From: Fistulifera solaris | Taxonomy: Eukaryota | DNA length: 64,000 nt | Assembly (NCBI GenBank): GCA_030295235.1 | Contig: AP026133.1 | Coordinates: 930,001 to 994,000, forward strand | Reading direction: 5' to 3' | Shown: in pieces, positions 48,367 to 61,000 of the stretch | Layout of the letters: each line of letters begins with the position of its first letter | Numbering within the stretch: the first letter of the stretch is position 1 | The notes under the pieces: generated by a model | What the model saw: the letters and a program-made list of their open reading frames with translations, nothing else | What the model was told of the DNA's origin: nothing | The model's database searches: none | Position numbers and translations under genes: made by a program

Positions 48367-49997
48367 TTACATTTGTTTATACAATTCCTTCATGCGCTTT
48401 CTATACTCGGGCTTCATACTCAAAGGCAGGTAATGGGACTGTCCATTCGCCTTGCAGTGGCCCTGAAACACTTGGTTCTTGTATGTTCCTAGTCGCCCTT
48501 GTTTAATTACCTCATCTCCAGTAAGCTCGTAGAGCTGTGTCTCTAGACTACTTCGCATGCTGTGCCAAACGGTCAGCAGTTCCATGCAGTGATCGAGTTT
48601 CACGCTGTCTTCTGGTATCGATGACTTTTCAAAAGCTGTCGAATCACCTTCTCCAATGCAGTTCCATGGCTTCCGGCACTGTGTATAATGAATGTTGTAT
48701 ATTTTCTCTATATCTGTGACTTGGCAATCCTCGCAATAATCCAAGTCGTTCCGGCACTTTCCCACTTTTGGATGTTTATTTCGAAAGCTTGGTTGACTTC
48801 GATACAATACATCCATTCCCATGTGATTGTATCGACATTGATTCAGTTCCACCCATGTATTGTTGAATAGAGTATCATACACATAAGCAATCAAGCCCTG
48901 AGCGGCCATGGCACCAACCAATGAACCGTATCCCAAGCCTCCCCAACCATTGTTTCGAGAGAATCCTTCTACGTAATGACCTTCTTTGATCACCTCCACG
49001 ATTTGATCGAACACTGACGGATCGGGCCGTACCACCAAAAATCCAGCCTGGAACAACGCCTTACGTCCGGGCATCACTTGACCCCAATCACGCGTCATAT
49101 AGGCATTTACCGTTTCCGGCCACATCTCATTCGGTCGCTCACGTGGAATACGTGATCTCGCTAAAGCTCCTTTCTCACCTGTATCTAACATCGCATCGAA
49201 CAAATCATCCATCGGCTGGTGAAACACAAAATCGATATCAACATGCACCACAATTGGGTGTTCCGTCAAGTGATAGGCATACAATTTGACAAATTCATCG
49301 GCTCCACTGGAAAGAGATTGCGTGCGAGTGAGTGAACGATTCCCGACAGGATGTGGAGAGGCCTCACAAACCATTGATGTGCTTACCAACACCATTCTTT
49401 GTGTATCTTTTTGCGCAAAAACTCCCCGCGAATCTCCGATTTGTCGACCGGTGGATCTCGTATCACTAATTCGTAACCAGCATCGGCCAATTCCTGCGCA
49501 CATTTCTCCGCTTGCCGGTGAACGATCGCGTAGGCTTTATAGTCATACTGCGATCCGGAGTGGGGATTGCGCACCGATGTTTGATGGATGCTGTGCTTCA
49601 AAACGAGTGCAGCATCTTGTAAGCCAGCTGTACTAGATTGAAAGTCGCCGCATTTAATTAAGGATATCGCATAAGCGATGACGATGGGCTCGTCGTGACG
49701 TTGGCTGATTATCTGTTTGGGTGGTTCTCTGTTATCGGAACGAGTGCTTTTCATCATAATCTTCGTTCCTTCTTCCTTTGGTCTTTCAATCAAGTTTTTC
49801 GGTAACGAAACGGAGAATTCCTGTGGCGTTTCCAGTGATGGCGTTTCATTTTCCAAAGTCAAGACGAACGAAAGGATACACAACAAGGCGGCGCATGAGA
49901 CGACGGCTGGCACAATGAACCAAAGTATCCACCCGACGGCATTGGCTCGTTGTGATGCAGCACCTCGCCGTGTCGATAAACGTGTTTGGCGTTGCAT
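48367..49997 (-). CDS. GT8-like glycosyltransferase, type II membrane protein
   Basis: Intron 49386-49307 gives EWCCGADEFVKLYAY. Motifs VHVDID, QAGFLVVRP and HYTQCRKPW. Confidence 0.85.
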
Positions 49998-51724
49998 GCT
50001 ACTTCGCGGCGATCATTGTGCGCGCGATTTAGTAGTTCAGTGACCTCAAGGTAAATAACGGAATGAGAAATGTGTCAAATCGAACGATAATAATAAGTTT
50101 GCGTCGTTTTGCTTTTTTGTGTGACTTTTTTTCGAGTGTGAAATCATGTGAACTGAATGACCCCTCAGTCACGCAGCAGGAGTCCCGGTGTTCGAAACTA
50201 TGAAACATCATTCTACAAGTTCTCTTACAGTCCCAGTACCGCTCTCCACCTTCGCTTCCTTAATTTCCGCAAATAATACTCCGGGGTAAGAGTAAAAACG
50301 CGACCATGACATCCAATAGCAATACAACACTTTGAGATTACGTAGTTCATCGGTCTGTACTGAGCCAATTACCCGGCTGATCCGATATTCTTTGTATTGG
50401 AGTACCTGGTACCGTACTCGGGCATGGGCGTCTCTGGTTCCTACTGGATTGGTTCGTAAGGAATTTATTTCAATTTTGTTATTGGGGCCGTATCTTTTTG
50501 TGACCTACCGACTCATTGTAAGGTTCCTCGCATTAAGCTTCTTTCTCTTGTGACTACTCCCGTGACTGCTCCTTCAAGTTTGATCGATTGATTGTTTGAC
50601 AATCATCGTGATCTGTTTGTTTCCTATCGTTCTCTATACTTCGGCCCTTTACTCATGGTCCTCAGAAACACATGTATCGGAACCTTCTCCGTCTGCAAAA
50701 GATAACTGGAAAGTAGAAATGTATGCTGCTGGCTGTGGCGAGAACACTAGCGAAGTAAGAGCGGAGAAAAGTTATAACTCCTTGGGTCGACCAATAAACG
50801 CAGACGCACGACAAAAGAAACAACAAAGTGATGATTCGTCTCGTCATGAATATTATAAGGGATTAACGAGTATTATCAATGCAAACGACGACAAGACATA
50901 AGTAACTAAGCGGAAGTTTCGTCAAAGGGGAAAGATCTGCAAGAACTTCAATGGCAATCAGTTCAACGCTGTCGAGCTCATCATCGCGGAAGACTGACTT
51001 TTGAAATCAAACTCTTTCAAACAAAGATTTTCACAAATAAATAACCCTCCTCTCTCTACCAGGAGCTTCTCAGCACCCGTCGGATAGTAGTTCAGTCCGC
51101 CATCATGATAAACACGTTTGTAAACGTTTTTGTTTTCCTCTAACCTAATCACCAGCATGTTCCAGGCTGACAAACTAGGCCAAACATCCATCCTTTCGTA
51201 AAGTCATTGTTAACAGGCGCAAGTATAGTCGAAATGAAGTGTCAATGTTTACCTTGAAACTGGTTGCTTGCAAACTAGATTGGTTCACTGAGTCCATTCC
51301 AAAAAATGAGACCCATTACCCATTCATAATAATATCAACGATTGACATATCCGGGTTACCCCTCTGTCCATATAGACACGTGAAATTCACGTAGTAGAGC
51401 TTCGAAGTGTGGCATCTTTGCTACCTTTTGCGTATTTGTTGCCGGTCATGTAATCATATTAAATCGTTTGAGTTGTACCACCTACGTTGGTTGATGGTTT
51501 TGGCCAATCGACTCGGTTTGTTGCAAAGCGATGTTACTTCTTGTTTGAAGGAGTTCTAAAAGAGCGCAAAACTTCACCTTCGTCTGTGTGTCGTCCACAG
51601 ATTTTTCGCTCATCGTCTCATCGTTTATCATTCGCGGCCTTCCTTTATTACCTGGTATTGTCAAACCGAACGTCAATTGCAACAGGAGATAGAAGCGCAG
51701 TGAATTTCCGAGCTCTATATTATC

Positions 51725-53468
51725 ATGGACTCGTTTCTCAAAGAAATCAAGAAGAAGACAAAGAAGCGTCGTCGCGACGAGGAAGAGGAGGATGACATTA
51801 AGAAAGAGAAACAACAGAGGAATGAAGAAACAGGCTCATCGGAGACCAAAATCAACGCTGATCATTGCCATACGATGAGCAAAACGTCCGATTCGACTGT
51901 GCAGATGATTCACTTTGATTATCGCTATATTATGGCACCAATGGTCGGAGCAAGTGAGCTGGCGTTTCGTCTTCTGTGTCGAAATTACGGCACACAGCTT
52001 TGTTATACTCCCATGATGTCAGCCCAAGAATTTGCCATGGATCCGTCCAGTGCAGGTTTTCAAACAACTGAGCAAGATCGACCTCTCGTTTGTCATTTTT
52101 GGGCCAATAAGCCAGCAGATCTAGTTGCGGCGGCCAAAAGAGCGGCGCCACTCTGTGATGCCATTGATTTGAATCTCGGTTGTCCTCAACGAACCGCTTA
52201 TTTGGGCCATTTTGGGAGTTACTTGCTGGATCCGGAAGACCGAAAACTTATTTGTGACATTATTCGAGCCACTGCAAAAGCGGTAGACATCCCTGTGTTT
52301 TGTAAAATAAGATTGTTGGACACCGAAGAGAAAACATTAGAACTGATTCGACAATTGCGAGATTCGGGTGCTACTTTGGTTGCTATACATGCTCGTTACC
52401 GAGCTTCTTGGGAAAGAAAAGGGCCCCGGAGCTCGCGATGGTCCCGCACATCTTGATCAAATCACTAGAATCCGCGAACAGTTGAGAAAGGATGGAAAGC
52501 CGCTTTTACTCGTAACCAATGGAAATACTATTACCTGGGATGACGTAGAAGAGAATTTGAAAAGAACAGGAGCGGATGGTTTGATGAGTGCAGAGGGACT
52601 TTTGGACGATCCGGCTTTGTTTCTTTCTCGTCTGAAAGCCAAACCTGATGAGCAAGTTGCCGTCACGTCCATCACTGTCCCGTCGGACGTAAAAGCTTTG
52701 GACAAGCGTCGCAAGACTCTTAAGAAATTACGAAAAATCGAAACTCTCGAAAGCAAAAGTGTTCTGGATGTCAAGGAAAAGGAATTGCTTGCATCGAAAG
52801 ATCATCTTATCAAGAAACTCGCCAAGCTGGATGCAATTCTAGGTCCGCACTCGGTCCAAACCTCTACTCTGCCTTTCTGTGAGCTGCTTGAGAAAGGGAG
52901 CAACAAACTGACTCTGGCACGCGAATATCTTGATTTCGCCTCTGTTTATCCAGTGCAAATACGTTCAGTTATATTCCATGTTCGCCGAATGTTGAAAGAG
53001 CCACTGGACCGATATCAGTTAATGGAAGATTGTTTGCAATGCACGTCCATCGAAGAGATCCGCACAAAGATTCTTGACTGTATAGAAAGATACCAGAGTA
53101 GCCCCACCTCTTTCGTTTTCGATCAACAAAAGGCCCAAGCGGAGAAAGAAGCCCTTGTATTTCGCAAGGAACAAGAGGGCAAACGAAAAGATTATGAAGC
53201 GAGAATGATGCGAAAGGCCAAACGCGAAGGGCGAGATCGATTGTACTACCTGCAGATTGGTGCGGAACCGCCAACTCGACGAGAAGTCGCTGAACTGCGA
53301 AAAATGGCTGATCCAAACGAAGCCATGCAGCTGTGGAAAGAAAAGCACTCGCAGCATTGTTTTTTGCACCACATCTCAGAATGTCCACGTGGTCGTACTT
53401 GCGCATTCCTACACATGGAATGCGCTGACGGCAACAACTTTCAGGAACAAGATGAGCTAGCGGGGTAA
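51725..53468 (+). CDS. tRNA-dihydrouridine synthase (DUS1-like) with C-terminal CCCH-type finger
   Basis: MAPMVGASELAFR, YTPM, IDLNLGCPQ, CKIR, NGN and MSAEGLL. Frameshift near 52420-52428. Confidence 0.9.
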
Positions 53469-53594
53469 TGGTACTACCGGAATCGTATGTACTTTAATTT
53501 ACATTTGGCTATGTACTCCATACTTGTACAGGGATACATCAACACAATACATTCTTTGCGAAATCTCTATCAATTTATAAGGAAATGTGTTTAT

Positions 53595-55800
53595 CTATAC
53601 TAGAACCGTTGGATCAATTCGCAAGAGTTCAAAAAGCGAAGTAAGATCCTGGGATGGATCTGGCTCCGGATCGCAAAGCCACGACGGAAGTTCTTCAGTG
53701 TTGTCATCGTGTTGGGAACAAACTGCCAGTGCGAGCATGTGGAATGGAACTTCCCCATTCGATCGGTAGATGCGACTGAAATGGCATGCGCATGGACAAG
53801 TGCTTCGATAGTTTCCCAATTCTTTTCGTTGCGCACGCATAATGGATTGGGTAGCGGCCAGTATTATCACAGACGGCAGCAGCTTCTGGGTAAAGCTGCA
53901 CCAGCTGGCGAACGAGATCGGTATCAGAGGGGTGACGACAAGCCAACTGTAAAGGGAGTTCGGGGGAGACAATCTGCAAAGCCGCAGGGTAAGCGTCATA
54001 CAGCACAGAAATATCGCTCCATGACTTGCCAGCCCTGCAAGCGAGCTGGAAAGGTAGAAAACCATCTGCATCCGGTATCGTGGCTGCTCTGGGGTGTAGC
54101 TGGATAAGTTTTTGTAGGAATCCAGCGGTCGATCGAGGATTCGATGCCGCCAGATGTAGTGGTAACGAACCGCGCGAGGAAACTTGTACTGCACCGCGAG
54201 CAGCATTCAATATTGTTTCCATGTCAGCGTTCCAATCGGTTCCACTCTTACAGGCATAATGGATGGGCATGTAACTTGCTTCATCTGCTTGCAATGCTGC
54301 TTGTGGAAAAGACCGGACAAGCTGTACAATAACGGAACGCTCGGTCTCGTCATCTTCGTTTTCATCATCTGATTCTACTTCGTGCTGATTCATTGCTCTA
54401 GCTGCGCGATGAAGTGGCGTGAGTCCAAAGTTATCAGGGATTTGTACAGCGCGCGGGTAGAATTCCGTAAGAATAGCAGCATGCTGCGTCCAATCCGTTT
54501 TGCGCGGATTTTCCACCAGGCGATGTAAAGGCAAAGAACCAGTCTCGTCGGGAATCTTTGCGGCTTCGCGGTACAGACTCAATAACGTAATAATCACCAT
54601 CTTGCCGAGTTCGCCCGAAGCGTTCGAAGAAGCAGCAAGATGAAGTGCTGTTTGAGGGGCAGTCCCTGGCCTCAAGTCTCCACAATCCAGCTCACTGACT
54701 TGCTCTGGATGCAGCGCACATGCTAGACGAAAAAGTGACAAATGGCATTTCACAGCAGCAGTTGCGTGAACTACGCGCCATTTTCGGTTCGAGGTACTCG
54801 GCACAACAAAGCCTGCCTCCGTTTCGTCGTCATCTGCTACAGGGAACCCGAACGCAGCTTTTAATAACAGATTCGCCTTGTCCCATCTCTCTTTCAGTTT
54901 CGTTTCTTTCTCAAGACGCTTTCGAAGAAAAACAGCTCGCTCTTCCGCAGTTGTATCCTCTGGTTCAGGGAATCCTCCTGGCAAAAAACTAGCCACTAAT
55001 CGTTTTCCTTCCAACTTTTCTGCCCAAGTATTCCAGACCAAAGCGAGAGGAGAATCTTCGTGATAATCTTCTTCCAGTACTACATTCGGGTCTAATTGAA
55101 GCAACAACCCCACCACACCCGGCGGAGCATCATATCGCACGGCATAAAAGAGCGGCGTGCGTCCCATATGATCTCGTTTCGACACGGTGTGCTTTCCTCG
55201 TTTATTCAGATGCAACAATAAATAAACAACAGCCTTGGGAGCTTTAAAGCGACAAGCATAATGCAGAGGCAACCATCCATTCTTTTCTTCCGGCAACCAG
55301 AGTGTCTCCGGAGCCGCTTCAATTAACGCGCGCGCCACCTCGGGATCCGGACAGCGTCGATTGCACATGTGATGCAAGGCCGTCCATCCATCTTTGCCGG
55401 TATATCCGGCCCATTCGGGTTTCTCGCGACACAATCGCAAAACTTCCGGCCAATCGGTGATCCGCGCGGCATCGTGAATCGCGGAAGATCGACCTTTACT
55501 GTCGACGGGCTTACTGGTAGATCGACTGGTCGGGAAATAAAAATCATGCGACGATCCCCACGAAGAAGTACCGTGCAGCTGAAATGTCGACGTGCCCAGA
55601 AAATCGCGATTTGTGGTCCAACTTTCTTGTAATCTGGATAGTAGCTGTTGATCATTATCGCTACTGATTCGCACACTCGTATCGAAAGATTGAATCCGTC
55701 CCGATTGTTGCAGTGATGCGGATGGAGTGCACGACAACGATTCGCTTTGATAACGACGATGTGCAGTCGGCACGATCTTCTCTTCTTTCGATTGTTCCAT
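53595..55800 (-). CDS. Ankyrin-repeat protein
   Basis: Repeated GWTALH, GWLPLHYAC, GRTPLFYA and LPLHLA motifs. Frameshift near 53825. Confidence 0.87.
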
Positions 55801-56624
55801 TGTGTCTTTAATATTATGAAAGCCTTCACAAGGTGATGGATGGTTTCTGCGTGTTCGTAGCTCGTAGCCAGCCGAGATATCCAAACTTGCACGGTCGAAC
55901 AAAAAAAAATACTACAAATTTGCAACAAGCACGCGTCTATCGTGTGAAATCAAGTATTTGACGAAGGATGCGCATTTCGCGTCGTTGCGCCGCGCCAGGT
56001 AATCCTATTCTTGCCGTTGATGCATAGTCATTTAAGGAAGCGGCACTAACTACGGTTATCAAGAGGGGGAACAACAGCCTTCTTTCGTTTTCCAGGACTG
56101 GTTTTGCAAAAATCCTTGCCGGAGTCGCAATAGGGATGGAGACTGGAGACTCTCTCTCTTCATAGTACCCAGAAATCCTATGTATACAAGCGAATGGTGA
56201 TTACCGGTACCGCTTTCTTTATATACGAAAAAGATTCGATTATGTAAAGAACAAGGTAGCACCAGTACTTAAGGACACTGGGACTTCGTCCTCTAAGTAC
56301 TACGTATTTCGTTTGACGGAGTGGCAAAACTGCCCCTCGCAGCAGCGAACGAATACGCTGTCAATCTCAACGCCAACACCATGATTCAGAGAAAGAAGAG
56401 TGCCGTTGTTCACACGGATTAAGACCAAAGGAGTGCGTGGCATCCTCCTATCGCTTTGCGTCTTCTTGAATAGCTTCGACGGACTCAAAGCCTTAGCCGA
56501 CCTTTTCTCTCATACCACACGTTATTAACTTCAGTTTCGCCGTTCGCCGTCGCTGTAAAACGCAGAGTTCTTGACGTCGTCATCTGTCAAACCTGTCTTG
56601 TTGGTTTGCTTTTTAGGTGCATAG

Positions 56625-57763
56625 ATGCCATTTCATTGGATACGAAAGAAGCATCATATTTCCTTACTTTATTATTCCGCTCTGTGGGTTGTCGCTCGAA
56701 GCATGTCGGTACCAACATCCGACAAGGTGAACCTTCTGGACTTGTGCGCGGCCGCCATTGCCTGCACCGTCACTGCGTCCAAATGCATTCAAGAAATTGC
56801 TCCTTCCAAAAATACACGGACCAAAGCCGATGGATCCTTTGTTACAGATGCCGATTTTGTGGCACAAGGTGTCATTGTGCAAGCCTTGCAAAGCATTTGC
56901 CCGACACTCACAATTGTGGGTGAAGAATCTCCCGAAGAAATGAAGCAACACGAGCAGCGCGATCGTCAACTTGATAAGAAGCTCTGGAAACTATCACGAA
57001 ATGAATTGCAATGCCGTTACTTTGGTACGGATATTACTCATCTTCCTTTACATTCGGATTGTAGGGAGGGAGAGCTACCGGTCTTTCCAGACGATCCAGA
57101 AGAATTTCTGGTGGACCCACTGCGCCTCCGTGTCATTGTGGATCCTCTGGATGGTACCAAATCATATACAAATGGAGATCATGATGCTGTTTCTATACTC
57201 ATTGGATTTATATTAGATGATGCACCCGTCTTTGGTGTCGTGGGCAAGCCATTTGGCTATACGGGGTTGTCGTCGATTCGCGATACGGGGTGTGTCACCC
57301 TGTACGGTGGGACGTTGCTTCGGGGTGCGTTCGTGGCTGGCGACAAAATTCCTCTTTCTCAACCTAGTCCAGTCACACCAAAGCTGTTATTTCCGCTTCA
57401 CGATCCAAAGGCGTGGTGCAGCAGTTTTGTCAATTTCTAGGAGAGCAAGGACTACTCGCGGCCGATCCACTCTTAGTACCAGGTGCTGGAGAAAAGTCTG
57501 TGCGTATTCTCTTATCTCGTAATGACGAAGCACTATGGTTTTATCCAAAACCGGGAACTTCACTTTGGGATGTGGCTGCGACAGACGCGCTGCTCCGTGC
57601 TCTGGGTGGTAAATTGACGGATAAATACGGCCATAACATGGATTACAGCAAATCCAGAGAAGAGGCGGAAAATGTAGATGGCGTTGTCGCGTGCATGTCA
57701 GCTGATCTCCATCGACAGTGTATAGAGTTGTTTGCAAGAGATAACTGGAATGGAATCCAATGA
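56625..57763 (+). CDS. Inositol monophosphatase-family phosphatase (BPNT1/CysQ-like)
   Basis: VTDAD, VGEE, DPLDGT, GAGEK and WDVAA motifs. One frameshift at about 57385. Confidence 0.88.
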
Positions 57764-58085
57764 GAGAGGTCATGTCGTGATCCGCTTTTCGCTGATGAAC
57801 AGTCGTTTGTCAAAATCTAAAATTAAACGGTTTTTACGAACGTTGTAGCCAATTGCGATGCTTTTTATCGCCTTGCTTTTTTGAAGCCATAAGGATTTGT
57901 AATATCGGGCTTACTATTCACTGTTGGTATAACAAATGAAAGACGAACAAGGAATGCTGATTCTTGACGACCCCACGCAACATGAAAATGCATCTAGACA
58001 GTCGATGTCGTTAAAGAACGAGGCTCGCGTAGTTCTCATCTATCTAAATAGTGGTGGCAGGGAACACCTTATCTAGTAAAATTGC

Positions 58086-61000
58086 TTACCAGGTAGTTGA
58101 ATCGTCTTCGCGTGTTGCGTCTACAATTTCATCATCCATAGAGTTCTCTTCACGCATCAACTTACGGAACCCCGCGTAGTGCCGAATCAAAGCATCTTTG
58201 TCCGGTCGTCCAGCTTTGTCCACTACGGTTTGAATAGAAGAATCGAAAGGGGTGGAAATTTCCATCTTGATCGTAGTCTTGTCGGCTTCCCGGTCAGCGT
58301 TGTTTGGGTCGTATTCAAGACAGCGAGAGCTAGATAGATTGTAGACTTGACGCAAAAACGCCTTCAAGCGGAGTAAAAGACTCAGTGCGATCCCCTTGCT
58401 ACAGAGATCTACAAATTCATTCATCTGAAAGTGAGGCAAAGAAAGCGCACCTGCCTCCTTCGTGCGACTAGGAAATCTAGTGAGCCCTGCCTTTTCGAGC
58501 TGATCTAAATCTTGAAGGTTGTCATCATATTCATCAGCGGACCCTAGGCCGACCTCGCGCAACAATTTCGTCATTCGGTCAAGAGTGACAGTTCCCTGGA
58601 AAGCAACCGTAGATGATATCTGGTGAATGATAAATAAAGGATCTTCGGCAGTGGTATATTCAAGATGGGCGAGAATCTGCGATGCAAATGAGAGCGGAAG
58701 TAGATTGCTAGAACACGCTAATGTCTTGTCGTGCGGTGGCGCAGAACTCAGTTTGAATAGGCTGATCAAGTTTCTCAAGAACCCCTGTCGCTGTTTTCGA
58801 CTGCTAGCAATGCACTCTTTGAAAACACGAGAGAATACACATTGAATTATTGTTTTCTTCCCTTCTTGCGTAAAAATTATAGCTGAAGCGTGCTTTTTGT
58901 CGCTAGAGACAAGGCGCTGGAATTCCCAAGCATGTTTCACCCCGGCACAAATACAGCGACGCAGTGTATCAGGTCTTTTCTCTCCTTCAATAGACAAATA
59001 TTCAAAAGAGAGTGAGCGTATTTCACTATTTTCCGTGTCTCCCTGCATTGCGAATAGGTATGGGATTGCCTCGTTAGGATTTACGAGCCCTTGGCGTAGT
59101 AGGATACCGATGACCTTCAGGACTGCAAACCTAATCGAACTCTCCTTCGATCTGGTCAAATCAAAAGCCGACCAGCGTGGTTGGTCAATACACCCCCAAA
59201 CAAAGTTGCATCCCCATCTTGATCGCCTGAAATGCGCTTCGCAAGGCTCAAACTTTCGTCGCTCTCCATTTTTACCCGTGCCGAACCGCCGTCAACGCGT
59301 TCTTCTTCAATCTACATAACCAGGGCCATTGAATTTAGTCAAGTATCGATAATAGATCGTGGTACCGACAAGTACAAAATGAATAACTCCGGAGTACAAG
59401 TACATACCTCAAGAATGTTGCACCAGCAACTTAATGCCTCTAACTGAAGTGGTATAGCAGCGCTGTCTGCCATCAAACTTTGTATCTGACCTTCGCTGTC
59501 CAGCTGCAGAAGAAGACGAGGCTGCGAGACGAAAATGCCCCCAAGGCCCTAAGGGCAACACATTGGGTTGATACGTCCTTCTTTTGAGGAAAGCAGAAAA
59601 TAGACGGTAACAAGCTTGCAAAGCATTGGTCCAGCTTAGTTCTTCGTCGGGAACAAATGCGATGTCGAGTCCTGCTGAGACTTCCTCGTCCCAGAACGTC
59701 GCGTCTGCATTTGGGTCGACTCTGTACTGGCAGATAATTCCAAGGACAGTCAATGCACGATGCACACCACCTTTTGTTGATTGCTGAACGCAACGAAGAA
59801 TGAGTGAGACTAGACGAGACGGGAAGCTTTTCATCGTTAGGATTTATGAACTCACCGATTCTTGTTCGAAATCATTGATACTTGCTCGTTTGATCAAGTA
59901 AGTATAAAATTTTTTGCCAGCTGAAAAGAGGAGACGAGAAACTTCCTTCGTTGTACGAAGCAAGCGAAGAAAAGGCCCGGATCGCTGACCGAAAAGCTGA
60001 CGGTCCAAAGCGAAATGATATTTGTTTTAGATCCTCCGAGACACATTTTGTTGAAAGCCTGGAAACGAAAGACTCGCCAAGGGCACATGCAAGTCGATGG
60101 ATGATATCGCAAGTTGCTGCTAGTATGGCTGGTTCGTCTTCTTTGGCGGCACCATTGTCGCCCTTCAAATAAGGTAATACAGTCTCAATCTTGTCACAAA
60201 CGGATTGAGGCGAAGTCTTGGTTAGAACTGCTATGGTCTCTAATGTCGCCACTAAATCCTTCCCATTACGAAGGCCTTTTTTGCTCATTTCTTCTTCGAT
60301 TGATAGCAGAAGTTCAAAAAGTGAAGCAGTTACCTTTGAGAGGTGCTCCTTGACCGTATCCTTACTGGCCTTTTCGACATCTTTCTGGCCCATGTTGTCG
60401 AGTAAATGTTCTAGCATCTCTCCAGAACCGGCTGAGCGCACAACTTCCATCATTTGAACAGCCACCATGTAGGGCTTAGTCATCAACTGCAAGTTTGATT
60501 TTTGAGCGACAGGCGGCGTCGGTGTAACGACACCTCGAACGCTTGCAACATTTGGCACGCTTACGAACGGAGAGTCTTGCAGCACAGGAGTGTTGGATAC
60601 ATCAGGGGTCCAAGTAGTGACACTTAATAGCTTTTGACTATCATCGAACCACAAGGCGGAAAAAAGTTCGTTGATGAGGTCACGAACAGAGTCTTCCTCT
60701 TTTGGATCAATTGCCCTTTTCAGCATGGCGCTGAGGGCTGTCGCACCTCCTTTGCAACTCGGATGAACAGAAAGAATGGACTCAAAGATCTTGACGGCAC
60801 GTTTACGAACGCTCACTCCAGTATCTTCGAGACATTTCAACAGGGCTTGGTGATAAGAGTTGGCAAGAGACGGCGACTGACTCACATATGAACCAATCAG
60901 TGAAAGAGCAGCTTCTCGAACCGAAATCGAATCATCTGCAAGACGAAGAATGACAGAACTTTGGATGGCTTTGATTCGCATCTGATTAGGGTCCCCCTCA

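Noticed and set aside
50332..51500. Short ORFs between GT8 and DUS
   Set aside because: No recognisable motifs or consistent splice structure.
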